Notes under the pieces: generated by a model
What the model was told of the DNA's origin: nothing
The model's database searches: none
Seen by the model: the letters and a program-made list of their open reading frames with translations, nothing else
Shown here: in pieces, positions 19,512 to 31,084 of the stretch
Position numbering within the stretch: the stretch's first letter is position 1
Layout: each line of letters starts with the position of its first letter
Assembly: GCA_963758525.1 (NCBI GenBank)
Contig: CAVWVQ010000003.1
Span: 768,001 to 832,000 of the forward strand
DNA from: an uncultured Phycisphaerales bacterium
GTDB lineage: Bacteria > Planctomycetota > Phycisphaerae > Tepidisphaerales > Tepidisphaeraceae
Direction of reading: 5' to 3'
DNA length: 64,000 nucleotides
Made by a program: the position numbers and the translations under genes

Positions 19512-20956
19512 CTACACGGACCGTGCAACGCTTCTTCGCTCTTCCTGCGGCGCGGGCGGGACCAGCGGCAAAAAGACCACAAAGCATGTCCCTTTGCCGG
19601 CGCCGGTTTCAAACCGGATCGAGCCGCCGTGATCGGCGACGATGCCGTGGCTGATGCTCAGGCCAAGCCCCGTCCCCTTTCCCTGCGGCTTGGTCGTGAA
19701 GAACGGATCGAAAACCCGGGCGCGCACTTCGGGGGCGATCCCGGTGCCCGAATCCCTCACCCACACTTCCACGCCCCCTTCGGCGGCGCGGCTGCCGATG
19801 ACGACCTTGCCGCCTTCGGGACTGGCGTCGATCGCGTTGGTGATCAGATTGAGAATCACCTGGTTGATGCGCGAGGGATAACAGGCGATGCCCGGAATCG
19901 GCGTCAACTCCAGTTCCAGCTCGACGCCGCGACCTTTGGCCTGACCGCGAACGATGTTGACGGTGGCGGTAATGCCCGGATTCAACTCCGTCCCCTGCTG
20001 CACCCCGCCGATCACTTCCTGCGCGAAAATTCCCGCAGGTCGCGAACAATCTGCTGAATCCGGCTCAATCCTTCGCGCGAACGCACCAGCGTGTCGTCGA
20101 GATTTTCCAGGATGTACGCGATGTCCATCCGCTCGGCCGCATCGCGGATATTCCGCAACGCCTCGGGGTCGGCGCGATCGAGCACCGCTTCGGTCGCGCG
20201 GTACAGCTCAATCAGTTTTTTGACCTCGGCAAAGTCGCGCTGAAGGATCGCAACGTTGTTGGTGACAAATGCCAGCGGATTGTTCACCTCGTGCGCGACG
20301 CCTGCGACCAGGCTTCCCAGCGCCGCCAGTTTTTCAGATTGAAGCATGCGGCCCTGTGCATGCTTCAGCTCCTCATGCGCCTCCTGCTCGGAGCGAATGG
20401 CCTGCTCAAGCTGAAGGTTCTTCTCCTCCAACTGCCGCATCACCTGCTTTCGCTCCGTGATGTCCCGGGAAATGCCCAGCAGATAGCGCGGCACGCCCTG
20501 CTCATCGAGCAGCGGTATTTTCTTGGTATGCAGATAGCGAACGCCCCTGGCGGTGTGGCAGGTCTCCTCGGGAATATCGAGCATCTTCCCGCTGGCGAGC
20601 ACCGCGCGATCGATGCGGGTGAAGAAATCCGCCTCGTCCCTGGGGAATACGTCATAGTCGGTGTGACCGATGACTTGCTCGCGCGGCCGGCAATGATAAT
20701 CTTCGATTGCCACGCGGTTGAGCCGAACCCAGCGCAGTTGCTCCGCATCCTTCACGAACACCATGTCGGGGATGTTCTCCACGATCGAATCGGCAAACCA
20801 TTCGACCTGTCGCAGCCGTTGGTTCTCCGCCAGCAAATCGGCCACGCGCTGGGTGAGAAGCTCCACCGACCGACGAAGGTCGGCTGCGTCGGTGGAATCG
20901 ACCGCCGACGCCAAAGCGCCTCCGCGTTCCTCGCTGCCGGCCGAATCGTTGGCCAT
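19512..20956 (-). CDS. PAS sensor histidine kinase, frameshift near 20020
   Basis: [27 protein letters not shown], then HATPase [15 protein letters not shown] in the shifted frame. Confidence 0.88.
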
Positions 20957-21071
20957 CTGCCGCTTTCCGGAAAAGACATGCCTCGCCCGCACCGCGATTG
21001 TACCAAAGCGCGGCGGGAGAATGTAAAAGAAATCACAGGACAATCCCGCAGTTTGCGCGGATTGAAGCACG

Positions 21072-22214
21072 ATGCCCGATGACATTCCCCAACCACGGCC
21101 GCGCCTCCCCCAACTCGCCTGGTTCTTCCTCCAGCTCGGCACGCTCGCCTTCGGCGGCCCTGCCGCGCATATCGCGATGATGGAGGATCAAATCGTCCGC
21201 CGACGGCAATGGCTCGCCCGCCAGGATTTTCTCGATCTGCTCGGCGCGGCCAATCTGCTGCCCGGACCAAGCTCCACCGAGCTTGCCATCTACATCGGCT
21301 ACCGCCTCAACGGCTTGCCCGGCCTGCTGGTCGCGGGCGTCTGCTTCATTCTCCCGGCGGCGCTGATCGTCTGTGCTCTCGCCTGGGGATATGTCCGTTA
21401 CGGAGCTTTGCCGGAAACCGCCGCCTTGCTCTATGGCGTCAAGCCCGTCGTGATCGCTCTGGTCGTACAGGCGCTGTGGCGGCTGGGACGAACCGCCGTC
21501 AAGACGCGATACCTTGCCCTCGTCGGCTTCATCTGCATCGCCCTGGCGATGATCCCGCTCAATCCCCTGGCGATCCTCTGCGTCGGCGGAGTGCTCTCCG
21601 CAATCGTCGCGGATCTCATCGACCCCGCCGCGTCTGCCCCCCTCCCCGCGCTGAGCAGCCTCAGCCTTCCTGCCGCGACGCTCTCCGCCGCGCAAATCGG
21701 GCTGGCGCCTCTCTTCGGCGCGTTTCTCAAAATGGGCTGCGTCATCTTCGGCAGCGGCTACGTCCTGCTCGCATTCCTACAGGACGATCTCGTGCAAAAA
21801 CGCCACTGGCTCACATCGAATCAACTGCTCGACGCCGTCGCCGTCGGGCAATTCACGCCGGGTCCCGTCTTCACCACCGCCACCTTCATCGGCTACCTGC
21901 TCGCCGGCCCGCGCGGAGCGGCGGTTGCGACGGTCGGCATCTTCCTCCCCGCATTCGTGCTGGTCGCCGCGACCGGCCGATTCATTCCGCGCCTGAGAAA
22001 ATCGCGCTATGCCGGCGCCTTTCTCGACGGCCTCAACGTCGCCTCCCTCGGGCTCATGGTGGTCGTGCTGGCATCGCTGGCGCGGTCCGCGCTGCTGGAT
22101 CCACTCACGATTTCCATCGCCATCATCAGCACCGTTCTGTTGTTCACGACAAAACTCAATTCAGCCTGGCTGCTTGCAGTTGCAGCAATGCTCGGACTGG
22201 CATGGCGTCGATGA
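21072..22214 (+). CDS. chrA: Chromate efflux transporter
   Basis: [34 protein letters not shown]. Confidence 0.93.
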   Translation: MPDDIPQPRPRLPQLAWFFLQLGTLAFGGPAAHIAMMEDQIVRRRQWLARQDFLDLLGAANLLPGPSSTELAIYIGYRLNGLPGLLVAGVCFILPAALIVCALAWGYVRYGALPETAALLYGVKPVVIALVVQALWRLGRTAVKTRYLALVGFICIALAMIPLNPLAILCVGGVLSAIVADLIDPAASAPLPALSSLSLPAATLSAAQIGLAPLFGAFLKMGCVIFGSGYVLLAFLQDDLVQKRHWLTSNQLLDAVAVGQFTPGPVFTTATFIGYLLAGPRGAAVATVGIFLPAFVLVAATGRFIPRLRKSRYAGAFLDGLNVASLGLMVVVLASLARSALLDPLTISIAIISTVLLFTTKLNSAWLLAVAAMLGLAWRR

Positions 22215-22412
22215 AGGACGGAACAGAATGATTAGAACGAGAAACGTTTTCCGCGCTCCGCGAAGGGCAAGCCACAAGCTGCGCGAGTAGAAAGTCCACA
22301 GGAGACGAAGAGAATACCACCTCCGTCGCGGAGCGTCCTCCCCTTCGTGCCTCCGTGCCGCAGTTTAGTCGCCGCGGCGACTGCCTCCGTCCCTCTGTCC
22401 CTTTCTCCCTCC

Positions 22413-23921
22413 CTACTTCCCCTCCTTCAACCCAATCTTCTCCAAAAATATCTCCCCCTTGCGCAAGATCAGCAGATGCAACTTGTCGTTGGCGTCGAAA
22501 TCGGGGGCCTCTCCGGAGAGTCGCGCGTCGAACTCCTGCTCGGTGTTAACGCCGTCGATCACCAAGTGAGTATGACCCGCCTGCCGGGCGAGATAGACGA
22601 CGTGCCTGCTGTCGGGGCTGAAGACAATCGGGCCGATCGCTTCCAGCGCGGGTGAAATCTTTCCATCGACGTCGGCATAGAATTTTCCCTGATCGATGCA
22701 GCGGAACGCGACACGCTTTCCGTCGGGGCTGAAGCCGGGCTGCGCGATCGAATCGAAGGGGCCGATTTCCGTGCGCTGCTTGCCGTCCCATACCACGAGG
22801 ATCCACTTGCCGTCATGTCTGCAGCCGAAGAGAAGCCGGGAGCTGTCGGCGCTGAAGATCGGCGTGCCGACAAGGCCGCCTTCAAAGGCGTCCAGCTTGA
22901 CGTCATCGAGAATGATCCGGCTCTTGCCATCGACGACCGCCTCGTACGTCAGATGGCGCGAGTCAGGGCTGAAGTGCAGCGTGGCATTGGCGAGGTTGTC
23001 GAACGACTGGCCGGCCGATTTATCGCGAATCACCATGCTCTTGTCGCCGCGTTTCACGCCGTACGCGAGATGATTGCCATCGGCGCTGAAGGTGAGGTCG
23101 CCGGCAATGAGGCCGTCAAATGGCGCCTGCTCTTTGCCGTCGAGCACGACGAGCGTCTTGCCGCCCTTGACGATGACCGTCGCCAGGTGATTTCCTTCCG
23201 CGCTGAAGCCCGGTCCCAGCAGAATTTTTTCGCATGGCGGACTTTCAACACCGTCGAGCACCACGTGAGTCATGCCGGCTTCGATGATGCCGTAGGCGAA
23301 ATGCTTTCCGTCCGGGCTGAAGACCATCGTGCCCTCGATGATTCCATCAACCGCCGTCTGCGGCTGACCATCGAGGACAACAAACTGCTGCTTCCCCTTG
23401 GCGGCACGATACGCCAGGTGCGTGCCGTCCGGGCTGAACATGGGCCAGTCGATCCCGTCATACGTCGGCCCGCTCGATCCGTCGGTCACGAATTGGACTC
23501 CCTTGTCCAGATCGCCGAGCTGCGCCACATAGGCAAACCGCTTTCCCTGACGAGTGAGAATAATGCGATTGCCCCCGATGCCGAAGCAAGGCGCACCCGG
23601 CGTGCCGTCGACAACGGGAATGGTCTGCGTCGCCGACTGAACGATATAAGCGCAGCGCGACCCGTCGGGGGTAAGCACCAGGCTGGAGGGAATGACCCAG
23701 TTGTACGGCTGGCTCTCGACGCCGTCGCGAACGACCCACTGCTGGTTTCCGCGCACCCCGATGAACGCCGCGCGCAGGCCGTCGCTGCTGACGACCACGA
23801 CTTTGATTTTGTCGAACGCACTGAGCTTGCCGAGCGATTTTTCCTCGATGCTGACCGGTGCAGTTGCCGCCCCCGCTGCCAGAACAGAGCGACACGAGAG
23901 CAGCCCGAAAATGACCAGCAC
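22413..23921 (-). CDS. Secreted WD40/TolB-like beta-propeller repeat protein
   Basis: Many FSPDGxHxAY…VVLDG repeats, N-terminal signal. Confidence 0.85.
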   Translation of the reverse strand: MLVIFGLLSCRSVLAAGAATAPVSIEEKSLGKLSAFDKIKVVVVSSDGLRAAFIGVRGNQQWVVRDGVESQPYNWVIPSSLVLTPDGSRCAYIVQSATQTIPVVDGTPGAPCFGIGGNRIILTRQGKRFAYVAQLGDLDKGVQFVTDGSSGPTYDGIDWPMFSPDGTHLAYRAAKGKQQFVVLDGQPQTAVDGIIEGTMVFSPDGKHFAYGIIEAGMTHVVLDGVESPPCEKILLGPGFSAEGNHLATVIVKGGKTLVVLDGKEQAPFDGLIAGDLTFSADGNHLAYGVKRGDKSMVIRDKSAGQSFDNLANATLHFSPDSRHLTYEAVVDGKSRIILDDVKLDAFEGGLVGTPIFSADSSRLLFGCRHDGKWILVVWDGKQRTEIGPFDSIAQPGFSPDGKRVAFRCIDQGKFYADVDGKISPALEAIGPIVFSPDSRHVVYLARQAGHTHLVIDGVNTEQEFDARLSGEAPDFDANDKLHLLILRKGEIFLEKIGLKEGK

Positions 23922-24008
23922 TGCGCCAACCGCCGTGCTGTTGCGCCAGTGCCCCGCATCACCTGAATCCGTTGGCCGGAAGATCTTATTTCCTGGGAAC
24001 GCGTACCC

Positions 24009-24117
24009 GTGGCACGGGCTTCCAGCCCGTGTTGAGTGCGCAGTGCGCAGGTGACCTGCCGATAGCCGATGTTGCTTCTATCCCGCGGCCTCAGCAGGGG
24101 ATGGAAGCCCGTGCCAC
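24009..24117. repeat. GTGG-type REP inverted pair (family B)
   Basis: GTGGCACGGGCTTCCAGCCCGTG … CAGGGGATGGAAGCCCGTGCCAC. Confidence 0.85.
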
Positions 24118-24212
24118 GCGCGAGCACGTCAACCATCGCCCGCATTTTTGGAAATCGGCGTGAACTGCAGCTGTTGAATCTCACTTTCAAACGCATATCC
24201 ATGTCGCGCAGT

Positions 24213-24530
24213 TTAGCGTTCCAGCTCCAGAAGCGGCAGGCCGCCGGTTTGCGGCAGGCAATCGCAGCCAACTTCGGTGGCTCCGCTCCGAAACTCATAG
24301 CGCAAGGAAAAGCGATGTCCGCGCGAGCAGAACAGCCGCAGTTCGACACGATATTCGCCGAGTGTTCGCGGCCCCTCGATGGTGAGCACGTGCCGTCGGG
24401 CGACAGCCACCTCAAGCCCGCTTTGACAGACTGCCACGGTTTGAACGTGACAGCAATCGATCCCGCAATCCGGACAGGCAACCCGCAACGCTTCCCCGCG
24501 AAACCGCAGCCAAGGCACGTCGTGTGACAT
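24213..24530 (-). CDS. Small Cys/His-rich hypothetical protein, possibly Zn-binding
   Basis: CPDCGIDCCH … FCSRGH. Confidence 0.5.
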   Translation of the reverse strand: MSHDVPWLRFRGEALRVACPDCGIDCCHVQTVAVCQSGLEVAVARRHVLTIEGPRTLGEYRVELRLFCSRGHRFSLRYEFRSGATEVGCDCLPQTGGLPLLELER

Positions 24531-24587
24531 GTCGGCGGGATAGCCGATTTCGGGGGAGGGGTTCAACGTTGACTGTAGAGAAAATAA

Positions 24588-24822
24588 ACCCGAATGACGA
24601 AACCAGAAACCAGAATCAAGTCCGAATGACGAATGTCCAGACCCCGGAAATTCACGCGATTGTCAGCATAAGTCGGGGGTACCGCGCTTCGGTGTGCACG
24701 ACACATGCTGTAGGTGACTTTCATTCGTCATTCGTCATTCGGATTTGATTCTTTGATTCTGGTTTCTGGTTTCGTCATTCGGATTTGATTCTGGTTCCTG
24801 GTTTCTGGTTTCGTCATTCGGA
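24588..24822. repeat. Palindromic heptamer element (GAATGAC/AAACCAG arms) after the lpdA stop
   Basis: cccgaatgacgaaaccagaaaccagaatcaa arm opposed by tcattcg/tggtttc arms. Confidence 0.85.
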
Positions 24823-24839
24823 CTTCCCGCCCCCAGCGG

Positions 24840-26237
24840 TCAAAGGTGTATCGCCCTCTTATCCGCGGCCATCGCCGCCTCCTTGATTGCCTCGGGCATC
24901 GTCGGATGAGCGTGCGTCGACCGCGCGATATCTTCCAGGCTCGAAGCCAACTCAATCGCCACAGCTCCCTCGGCGATAATGTCGCTGGCCCGCGCGGAGA
25001 GAATGTGCATGCCCAGCAGACGATCGGTCTTTGCATCGCCGATCACTTTCACCAGGCCCTCGGCAGCCCCCATCGCGCAGGCGCGGCCGAGGGCGGCCAT
25101 CGGGAATTTTCCCACCCGGATCTCGCCGCGGGCGGCGGCTTCCTCTTCGGTCATCCCGACGCTGGCCAGCTCGGGAAAGGTATAAACGACGCTGGGAATC
25201 GCGCGGTAGTTCACATGACCGGCCTTCCCCGCGATCAGTTCGGCGACGGCAACGCCTTCGTCCTCAGCCTTGTGAGCTAGCATCATTCCGCCGGTCACGT
25301 CGCCGATCGCCCAGACCCCCGGAACACCGGTCCCGAAATGTTCATCGATCACGATGAACCCCTTGCGGTCGACTTTCACGCCGATGGGCTCGAGGCCCAA
25401 CCCGTCCGAGTAGGGCCGCCGGCCAACGCTGATCAGAATGGTGTCGCATTCCTCCACGCCGTTCTCGGTGTCGGACTTCCATTCGAGCAGAACTCGCCCA
25501 TTTTCAATCCTTGCCGCGCCGGCCGCGGTCTTGAGGCGGAATCGCAGCCCCTGTTTCTCCAGCGAACGCTGCAGTTGCGTGGTCATCTCACGATCCATCA
25601 GCGGGAGGATGCGATCCATGAACTCGATCACCAGCACCTCGCTGCCGAGCCGGCTCCAGACCGAGCCCAGCTCGAGGCCGATCGCGCCCCCGCCGATGAC
25701 CACCATCTTCTTCGGCACGTTCGGCAGAGCGATGGCATCGGTGGAATTGATGAAAAACTTCCCGTCGAACTTCATCGAGGGAAGCTCCACCGGCGCGCTG
25801 CCGGTCGCGATAATCACATTGTTGGCGGTCAATGTCAGCTTGCCGTCGGCTCCGTCGACTTCAATCGTTTTTGAGGACGTGAAACGCCCGGTGCCGCGGA
25901 CGTATTCGATCTTGTTTTTCTTGAAGAGCGTGGCGACGCCGCGATTGAGGGTCTGCACCACGCTGTCTTTGCGGGCCATCATGGCGGCCAGATCCAGCGA
26001 GACGTCGGCGACCTTGATCCCGTGCTTCGCGAACGAAGTTTTCGCCTCGTGATAGAGCTCGCTGGAATCGAGCAGCGCCTTGCTCGGGATGCATCCCCAG
26101 TTGAGGCAGGTTCCGCCCAGCGCCGATTCCTTTTCAACGCAGGCCACGTGCATGCCCAATTGCGCGGCGCGAATTGCAGCAACATATCCGCCGGGACCGG
26201 CGCCGATAACGATCAGGTCGTAAGTGTTCTTATCCAT
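24840..26237 (-). CDS. lpdA: Dihydrolipoyl dehydrogenase
   Basis: GAGPGGY, GGTCLNWGCIPSK, HAHPTMPE; start taken at MDKNTYDL. Confidence 0.97.
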   Translation of the reverse strand: MDKNTYDLIVIGAGPGGYVAAIRAAQLGMHVACVEKESALGGTCLNWGCIPSKALLDSSELYHEAKTSFAKHGIKVADVSLDLAAMMARKDSVVQTLNRGVATLFKKNKIEYVRGTGRFTSSKTIEVDGADGKLTLTANNVIIATGSAPVELPSMKFDGKFFINSTDAIALPNVPKKMVVIGGGAIGLELGSVWSRLGSEVLVIEFMDRILPLMDREMTTQLQRSLEKQGLRFRLKTAAGAARIENGRVLLEWKSDTENGVEECDTILISVGRRPYSDGLGLEPIGVKVDRKGFIVIDEHFGTGVPGVWAIGDVTGGMMLAHKAEDEGVAVAELIAGKAGHVNYRAIPSVVYTFPELASVGMTEEEAAARGEIRVGKFPMAALGRACAMGAAEGLVKVIGDAKTDRLLGMHILSARASDIIAEGAVAIELASSLEDIARSTHAHPTMPEAIKEAAMAADKRAIHL

Positions 26238-26317
26238 GCTCTTGTGATTGTAGCTGGTCGCGCGGTGCAATGCCGCGCCGTACGCGTGAGGACCCGTGAG
26301 GACAATGCGAAACTGCT

Positions 26318-26563
26318 GTAGGGCGGGATTTATCCCGCCGGACTCGTCCCCGTTCCTTGCCATCTCCAGCTCGACCACCCGAACGGCGGGATGAATCCCG
26401 CCCTACATTGCTGCCCATGCGGCCCAACGGCTTCCCCGCCAAGCGTGGCATGGGCGTCCCGCGCGTCCCGCGCATGCTGGCGACGTGGCGGTAAAGAGAA
26501 CCCTTGTTAGGAAAAACTTTTTTATGTCCCGCGCAGCGAACACGGGCAGGATGCCCGTGCCAC
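26318..26563. repeat. Two adjacent REP inverted pairs (family A 26318-26406; family B 26445-26563)
   Basis: GTAGGGCGGGATTTATCCCGCC…GGCGGGATGAATCCCGCCCTAC; GTGGCATGGGCGTCCC…CACGGGCAGGATGCCCGTGCCAC. Confidence 0.88.
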
Positions 26564-26597
26564 GACTGCGCGTTCCGCACATTGTGGGCACGCGGCG

Positions 26598-27305
26598 TTG
26601 TCGCGTACATTCGCGGGGGTGAATCAAACGGAAATCAGGTTTGGGAGAACGTTGCGCCGCCCGGCAGTCATCGTGATCGGCCTCTGCGCCATCCTGTGGG
26701 CCGGCGGGTGCGCGACCATTCGTGTGACGGACCCTCCCCGATCGGCAGATGAGCAGTTCCTGCTGACCGAAGCCACCCGCCGGTCCGTCGCGCAATTGGC
26801 GTTGGACGCGCTGCGCGATCGCTCGGTCTGGATCGAAACGGGATACGCGTTGTCGACGACCCAGCCCTACGATCACTCTTTTCTCACCAACGAAGTTCGC
26901 CAGCCGAGCTTCGAGGAACTCTTTGTCGTTGCGGAGTTGCGGGCGCGGCTGCTGCGCTCGGGCGTTCGACTGGCGCCGTCCCGGCAGGCGGCGCAGGTCG
27001 TTCTCGAACTGCGCATCGGCGCAGTGAGCAACAATCGCGAGGAGTTTCTCCTGGGCATTCCTGCGACGGCCATTCCCACCGGCACCGAAACCGCAAACCT
27101 CGCGGTCGCGACCCCCGAGATCGCGATTCTCAAGAAAACCACCCAGCGCGGATTTGCCAGCATCGCGTTCGTCGCCTACTGGGCGGATTCGGGCGAGTTG
27201 CTCACGCTTTCAGGACCATTCGTCGGCCGCAGCCTGCGGAAGGACACTTGGATTTTTGGAATCGGCCCCAATACCGTCGGAGACATCCCCCCCGCCCAAC
27301 CCTGA
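26598..27305 (+). CDS. Lipoprotein, DUF6655-like (start uncertain)
   Basis: Lipobox-like AGGC followed by TDPPRSADEQFLL. Confidence 0.7.
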   Translation: MSRTFAGVNQTEIRFGRTLRRPAVIVIGLCAILWAGGCATIRVTDPPRSADEQFLLTEATRRSVAQLALDALRDRSVWIETGYALSTTQPYDHSFLTNEVRQPSFEELFVVAELRARLLRSGVRLAPSRQAAQVVLELRIGAVSNNREEFLLGIPATAIPTGTETANLAVATPEIAILKKTTQRGFASIAFVAYWADSGELLTLSGPFVGRSLRKDTWIFGIGPNTVGDIPPAQP

Positions 27306-27317
27306 CGGGTCATTGTC

Positions 27318-30300
27318 ATGCGCCGCCTGCTGCTTCGCATCCTCATTGTTCTCGCCGCCATCATCGGGCTGGCGGCCCTCGTTGTGCAAATCGTGCTCTG
27401 GACGAATGTCCCGCGCAATATCGTGGTGCGCCAACTGGAAACGCAACTGCACATGCGCGTCCTCACGGGCTCGCTTTCGACGACCTGGTTCGGACATACC
27501 ACGTTGCACGACGTTTCATTTTCATTGCCGCTGGCGGATCACCCGGTGCTGAGCATGGAGACGCTCAAGGTCAGCCACACCTGTCTTATCCCCCTGCTGC
27601 TCGGCGAGGATCTGACGATTTCGCGTCTCGAACTCCAGAAGCCGGCAATTCGAATTGTCCGCACCGGCGACGGGCGCTGGAACGTGGAGCAACTGGCGGC
27701 GCTGCTGAACCGCGGAAAAAGCAAGTCGCCGGATGCATCACCGCCGCTGCTCCCGACGGTGGAACTCGTTGACGGCACGATCGAGGTGATCGACGGCAGC
27801 CGCCAGGCAACGATCGACGGGCTGAATTTCAAGGGAGAACCCGACGGCGCGATTGCCTGGAAGCTCAATCTCTCGATCGGGGATCGCGTGCGGGCGGCCG
27901 GCCGGCTCGCTCCCGGCGGCGGCTGGGAGCATGAAGCGACGCTCAAAGTGAGCGACGTGGCGCCCTGGTTCCGTCCCTGGATTGCGCTGCCGAGCGACTT
28001 GTCCGCCGATGCGCGCTGGCGCGGACGGCTGACGCCCGCCGGGGTTCGGGGCCGGCTCGATGCGCCTGACGTAAAAGCGGGCGGCTGGAACGCCAGCGGC
28101 GCGCTCGATGTCGCTCAGCAGGAAGACGCGATCGAAGTTCACCCCGATCACCTGCGCATCACCGCTCCATCCGCCGCATTGAACAGCGTGACGGCGCTCT
28201 CCGGAGCGGTTCGCTATCAGAAGAACGTCATCCGGGCGCAGTCGCTGCAACTGAACGTCTACGGAGGACCGGCCACGCTCACCGGCTACTACGATCTTGC
28301 GGCACGCGATGGCGAACTTACCGCCGGCTGGGACAAGCTCGCCCTGCCCGGCGGAATACTGCACGGCGGCAATCTGACGTTGAGCGTGCACCGGCCTTTC
28401 CCGACGCAAATCGTTGCGGAGGGAACGCTCTTTTCCTACGCGACCACTCCGCAGGGACCATGGCGGGCCACTCTGAATTTCGGCGGGCAGGGAGACGCGC
28501 AATCGGATTTCGCCTGGCACTTGAACGCATCCGAGCTGGCATGGAATCGCCGGACGCCCATTCGGCTTGACGGACTCGCGCTGCTGGGAAGCATTCATCG
28601 CGCAACCGGCGCGGCGCCGACGCTGACACTGGCCTCGGCGCATCTTGCCGATGCGCAGGCGATGTCGGGCAGCGGGTTTTACAACTTCGCCGATCGCTCC
28701 TGGGCGATGAAGTTCTGGGGCAACCGCTTTCCGTTGCAGGTGATTCAAAACGCCGCCATCGGCTTTCATCTCGACGCCGCCGGGAACGCTTCGGTGGTGA
28801 ATCTCAACACATTTACGCTCACGCAGGCGGAAAGCTCGCTCTCGGTGAAAGGCACGTACCGTTACGGCTTGCCCAAGCCTGTGAGTGCCACCGTTTCCTT
28901 CAGCAGCACCCAGCAGGATGAGGCGGAAACGGGGTCGCCGCAAATCGTGCAAGGCGCAATTCACGGCGCAACCGTTCTCGAGGGAACGCTGCTTCCGCTT
29001 CAGCTCAATGCAGGCGGGCAGCTTTTCGGGCGAGCGGTGCGCGTCGCCGGCCGCGAACTGGGTGACGTCGCGCTGAAATTGACCGGCGAAGTGAATCCGG
29101 AGCACGCCCAGATCGAAACCGAGCGGCTCCGCGCCCTGGGCGGCGAGTGGTCGCTGCGCGCGACCTACGCGTTTGCCGAGCAGCTTTTGGATGCGGATCT
29201 GAAAGTCGGCGGCCTCCCGTTGGAAGACGTCGAATCGGCAGCCAATGCGAAGCTTGTCAGCGGCACGCTCGCCGGGGAGTGGGACGCGTATGTGCTGAGC
29301 TTCCCGCTGAATCCGCGCAACATCCGCCTGACGGGCCAGGGGTGGATTCATGGGCTGGGTTGCGAGGGGCTGGGGGCCGATGATGTCCACTTCACGATGA
29401 CGATGGACAACGGCCTGCTCAGCGTGGACCCCATCACATTCGCCAGCGGCACCGAGGGGCGCGGCAGCGCGAGTTTGGAATGGGACATCCGCCAGCCGCG
29501 CCGTCTGGAAGGAATGGTGGCGCTATCCGATTGGCCGCTGGAAAATGCGGTGGGATCGGCGACAGTGAAGCTGGACGTGCCGGCGTTTGCAATCGATTTG
29601 CCGCAGGCCGCGACCGGCTCAACGCCGGTAATGCCGCTGCAGATCATGGCCGATGCGATCAAAGCGCAGATCGCACTGCGAACCGAGAAGGAGCAGATCG
29701 GCAACCTGACGCTGGCGGCAGAGATTAACGGTCAATTCGCGACGCTCGACGATCTCCACGGCTCGCTTTTGGATGCGCCCGTCTCCGGATCGGCATTCTT
29801 CAACCTGGCTCGGCCGCTCCAGTCGCACGGCTCGCTCACCTTCGAGAAGCTGGACGCGGGCCGGCTCGTGAAACTTTTCCCCGAGGCGAAAGGCCTTTCC
29901 GGATCGCTGCACGGAACCGCCTCCCTGGGCCCGGCCACCGCCGAGCACCCTCTGGAACCGCTGTCCCTGCACACGCAGACGGCATTCGACCATGGCAGTT
30001 TTCGCGGGCTGCGGCTGGGTATCTTGAATCTGAACGCATTCATGAATACCGATCGCGCGGTCCTCGACGACCGCCCTGGCAACGACAGCAACCTCCAGAT
30101 CGCCGGAGGCAGCGTCCGGCTATGGGGGCGGGTCGGCAGGCCCGCGCCGGACGTGCTCTCCTCGCAGTTGGAGATGCAACTGACTGATTTGGATTTGAAT
30201 CAGATCATGCAGGCCGCCAAACCGGGCAAAAAACCGACGCCGGGAAAACTCAGCGGAAACGTGATGTTGCTCTATAACTCCCGCTCCGGTTCCACGATCG

Positions 30301-30815
30301 ACGCGACGCCCTCTCACACCACTCGCCGCGCCGTCAGTCCCGCCGTGCGAAAGTTCATCGACACGCTGTACGGCGAGGGACGGCTCGAGTTGAAGCAATC
30401 CGACATTGCCACCGTCCCGATCTTCGCCGATCTGTACAACCTGATGAGTCTCGGGCAGGCGGGGCGCGGCCCGATCGGATACGGGTCGGCCGACCTGCGG
30501 ATGGAAAACGGGACACTATTCGTCACGGAGATCAGCTACTTCAACCGCGGCATCGACGCCCGCGTTCGACTGCGAAGCCCGCAGATGTGGGATTTCCCCG
30601 ACAACCCCGTCTCGGGAACCGCCGTCGGCTCCGCCCAGCCGCTGGCGGCGTTAAAACTTCCCCTCGTAGCAGATCTGTCCGGCGCTGGATGCCCTGCAGG
30701 CAAACTTCACCTCCCTGCGGATCGGCGGCACGTGGAAGAAGATGACCATCACCCCGACCGCATTCGCCAACATCGGCAAAGAGATGAAAGACCTTCTGAT
30801 CGGAGACATCAATAA
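27318..30815 (+). CDS. Large AsmA-like beta-rich envelope protein (3' end probably frameshifted)
   Basis: N-terminal TM anchor, DGRWNV motif, long beta-repeat body; last ~45 aa look out of frame. Confidence 0.75.
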   Translation: MRRLLLRILIVLAAIIGLAALVVQIVLWTNVPRNIVVRQLETQLHMRVLTGSLSTTWFGHTTLHDVSFSLPLADHPVLSMETLKVSHTCLIPLLLGEDLTISRLELQKPAIRIVRTGDGRWNVEQLAALLNRGKSKSPDASPPLLPTVELVDGTIEVIDGSRQATIDGLNFKGEPDGAIAWKLNLSIGDRVRAAGRLAPGGGWEHEATLKVSDVAPWFRPWIALPSDLSADARWRGRLTPAGVRGRLDAPDVKAGGWNASGALDVAQQEDAIEVHPDHLRITAPSAALNSVTALSGAVRYQKNVIRAQSLQLNVYGGPATLTGYYDLAARDGELTAGWDKLALPGGILHGGNLTLSVHRPFPTQIVAEGTLFSYATTPQGPWRATLNFGGQGDAQSDFAWHLNASELAWNRRTPIRLDGLALLGSIHRATGAAPTLTLASAHLADAQAMSGSGFYNFADRSWAMKFWGNRFPLQVIQNAAIGFHLDAAGNASVVNLNTFTLTQAESSLSVKGTYRYGLPKPVSATVSFSSTQQDEAETGSPQIVQGAIHGATVLEGTLLPLQLNAGGQLFGRAVRVAGRELGDVALKLTGEVNPEHAQIETERLRALGGEWSLRATYAFAEQLLDADLKVGGLPLEDVESAANAKLVSGTLAGEWDAYVLSFPLNPRNIRLTGQGWIHGLGCEGLGADDVHFTMTMDNGLLSVDPITFASGTEGRGSASLEWDIRQPRRLEGMVALSDWPLENAVGSATVKLDVPAFAIDLPQAATGSTPVMPLQIMADAIKAQIALRTEKEQIGNLTLAAEINGQFATLDDLHGSLLDAPVSGSAFFNLARPLQSHGSLTFEKLDAGRLVKLFPEAKGLSGSLHGTASLGPATAEHPLEPLSLHTQTAFDHGSFRGLRLGILNLNAFMNTDRAVLDDRPGNDSNLQIAGGSVRLWGRVGRPAPDVLSSQLEMQLTDLDLNQIMQAAKPGKKPTPGKLSGNVMLLYNSRSGSTIDATPSHTTRRAVSPAVRKFIDTLYGEGRLELKQSDIATVPIFADLYNLMSLGQAGRGPIGYGSADLRMENGTLFVTEISYFNRGIDARVRLRSPQMWDFPDNPVSGTAVGSAQPLAALKLPLVADLSGAGCPAGKLHLPADRRHVEEDDHHPDRIRQHRQRDERPSDRRHQ

Positions 30816-30863
30816 CGGCAATCCGCCGCCGGGAGGACCATGAGGGCGGAACTGATGCCAAAA

Positions 30864-31079
30864 CCCGAATGACGAGATCCGAAATCAGAATCAAACCCGA
30901 AGCCCGAATGTCGAAACAAACTCCGCACGACCAAGTCCTTTGAAATATGCGTCGTTCCCCAACAACGAGTGAACGTCAATGAACCGAACCGCGCGACAGA
31001 CCGGCGGTGCGTCATTCGGTCATTCGGCATTCGAGTTTGATTCTTTGATTCTGGTTTCTGGTTTCGTCATTCGGATTTC
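30864..31079. repeat. Palindromic heptamer element, same family as 24588-24822
   Basis: Shares tttgattctttgattctggtttctggtttcgtcattcggattt with the 24.7-kb copy; lies between convergent genes. Confidence 0.85.
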
Positions 31080-31084
31080 CCCCT

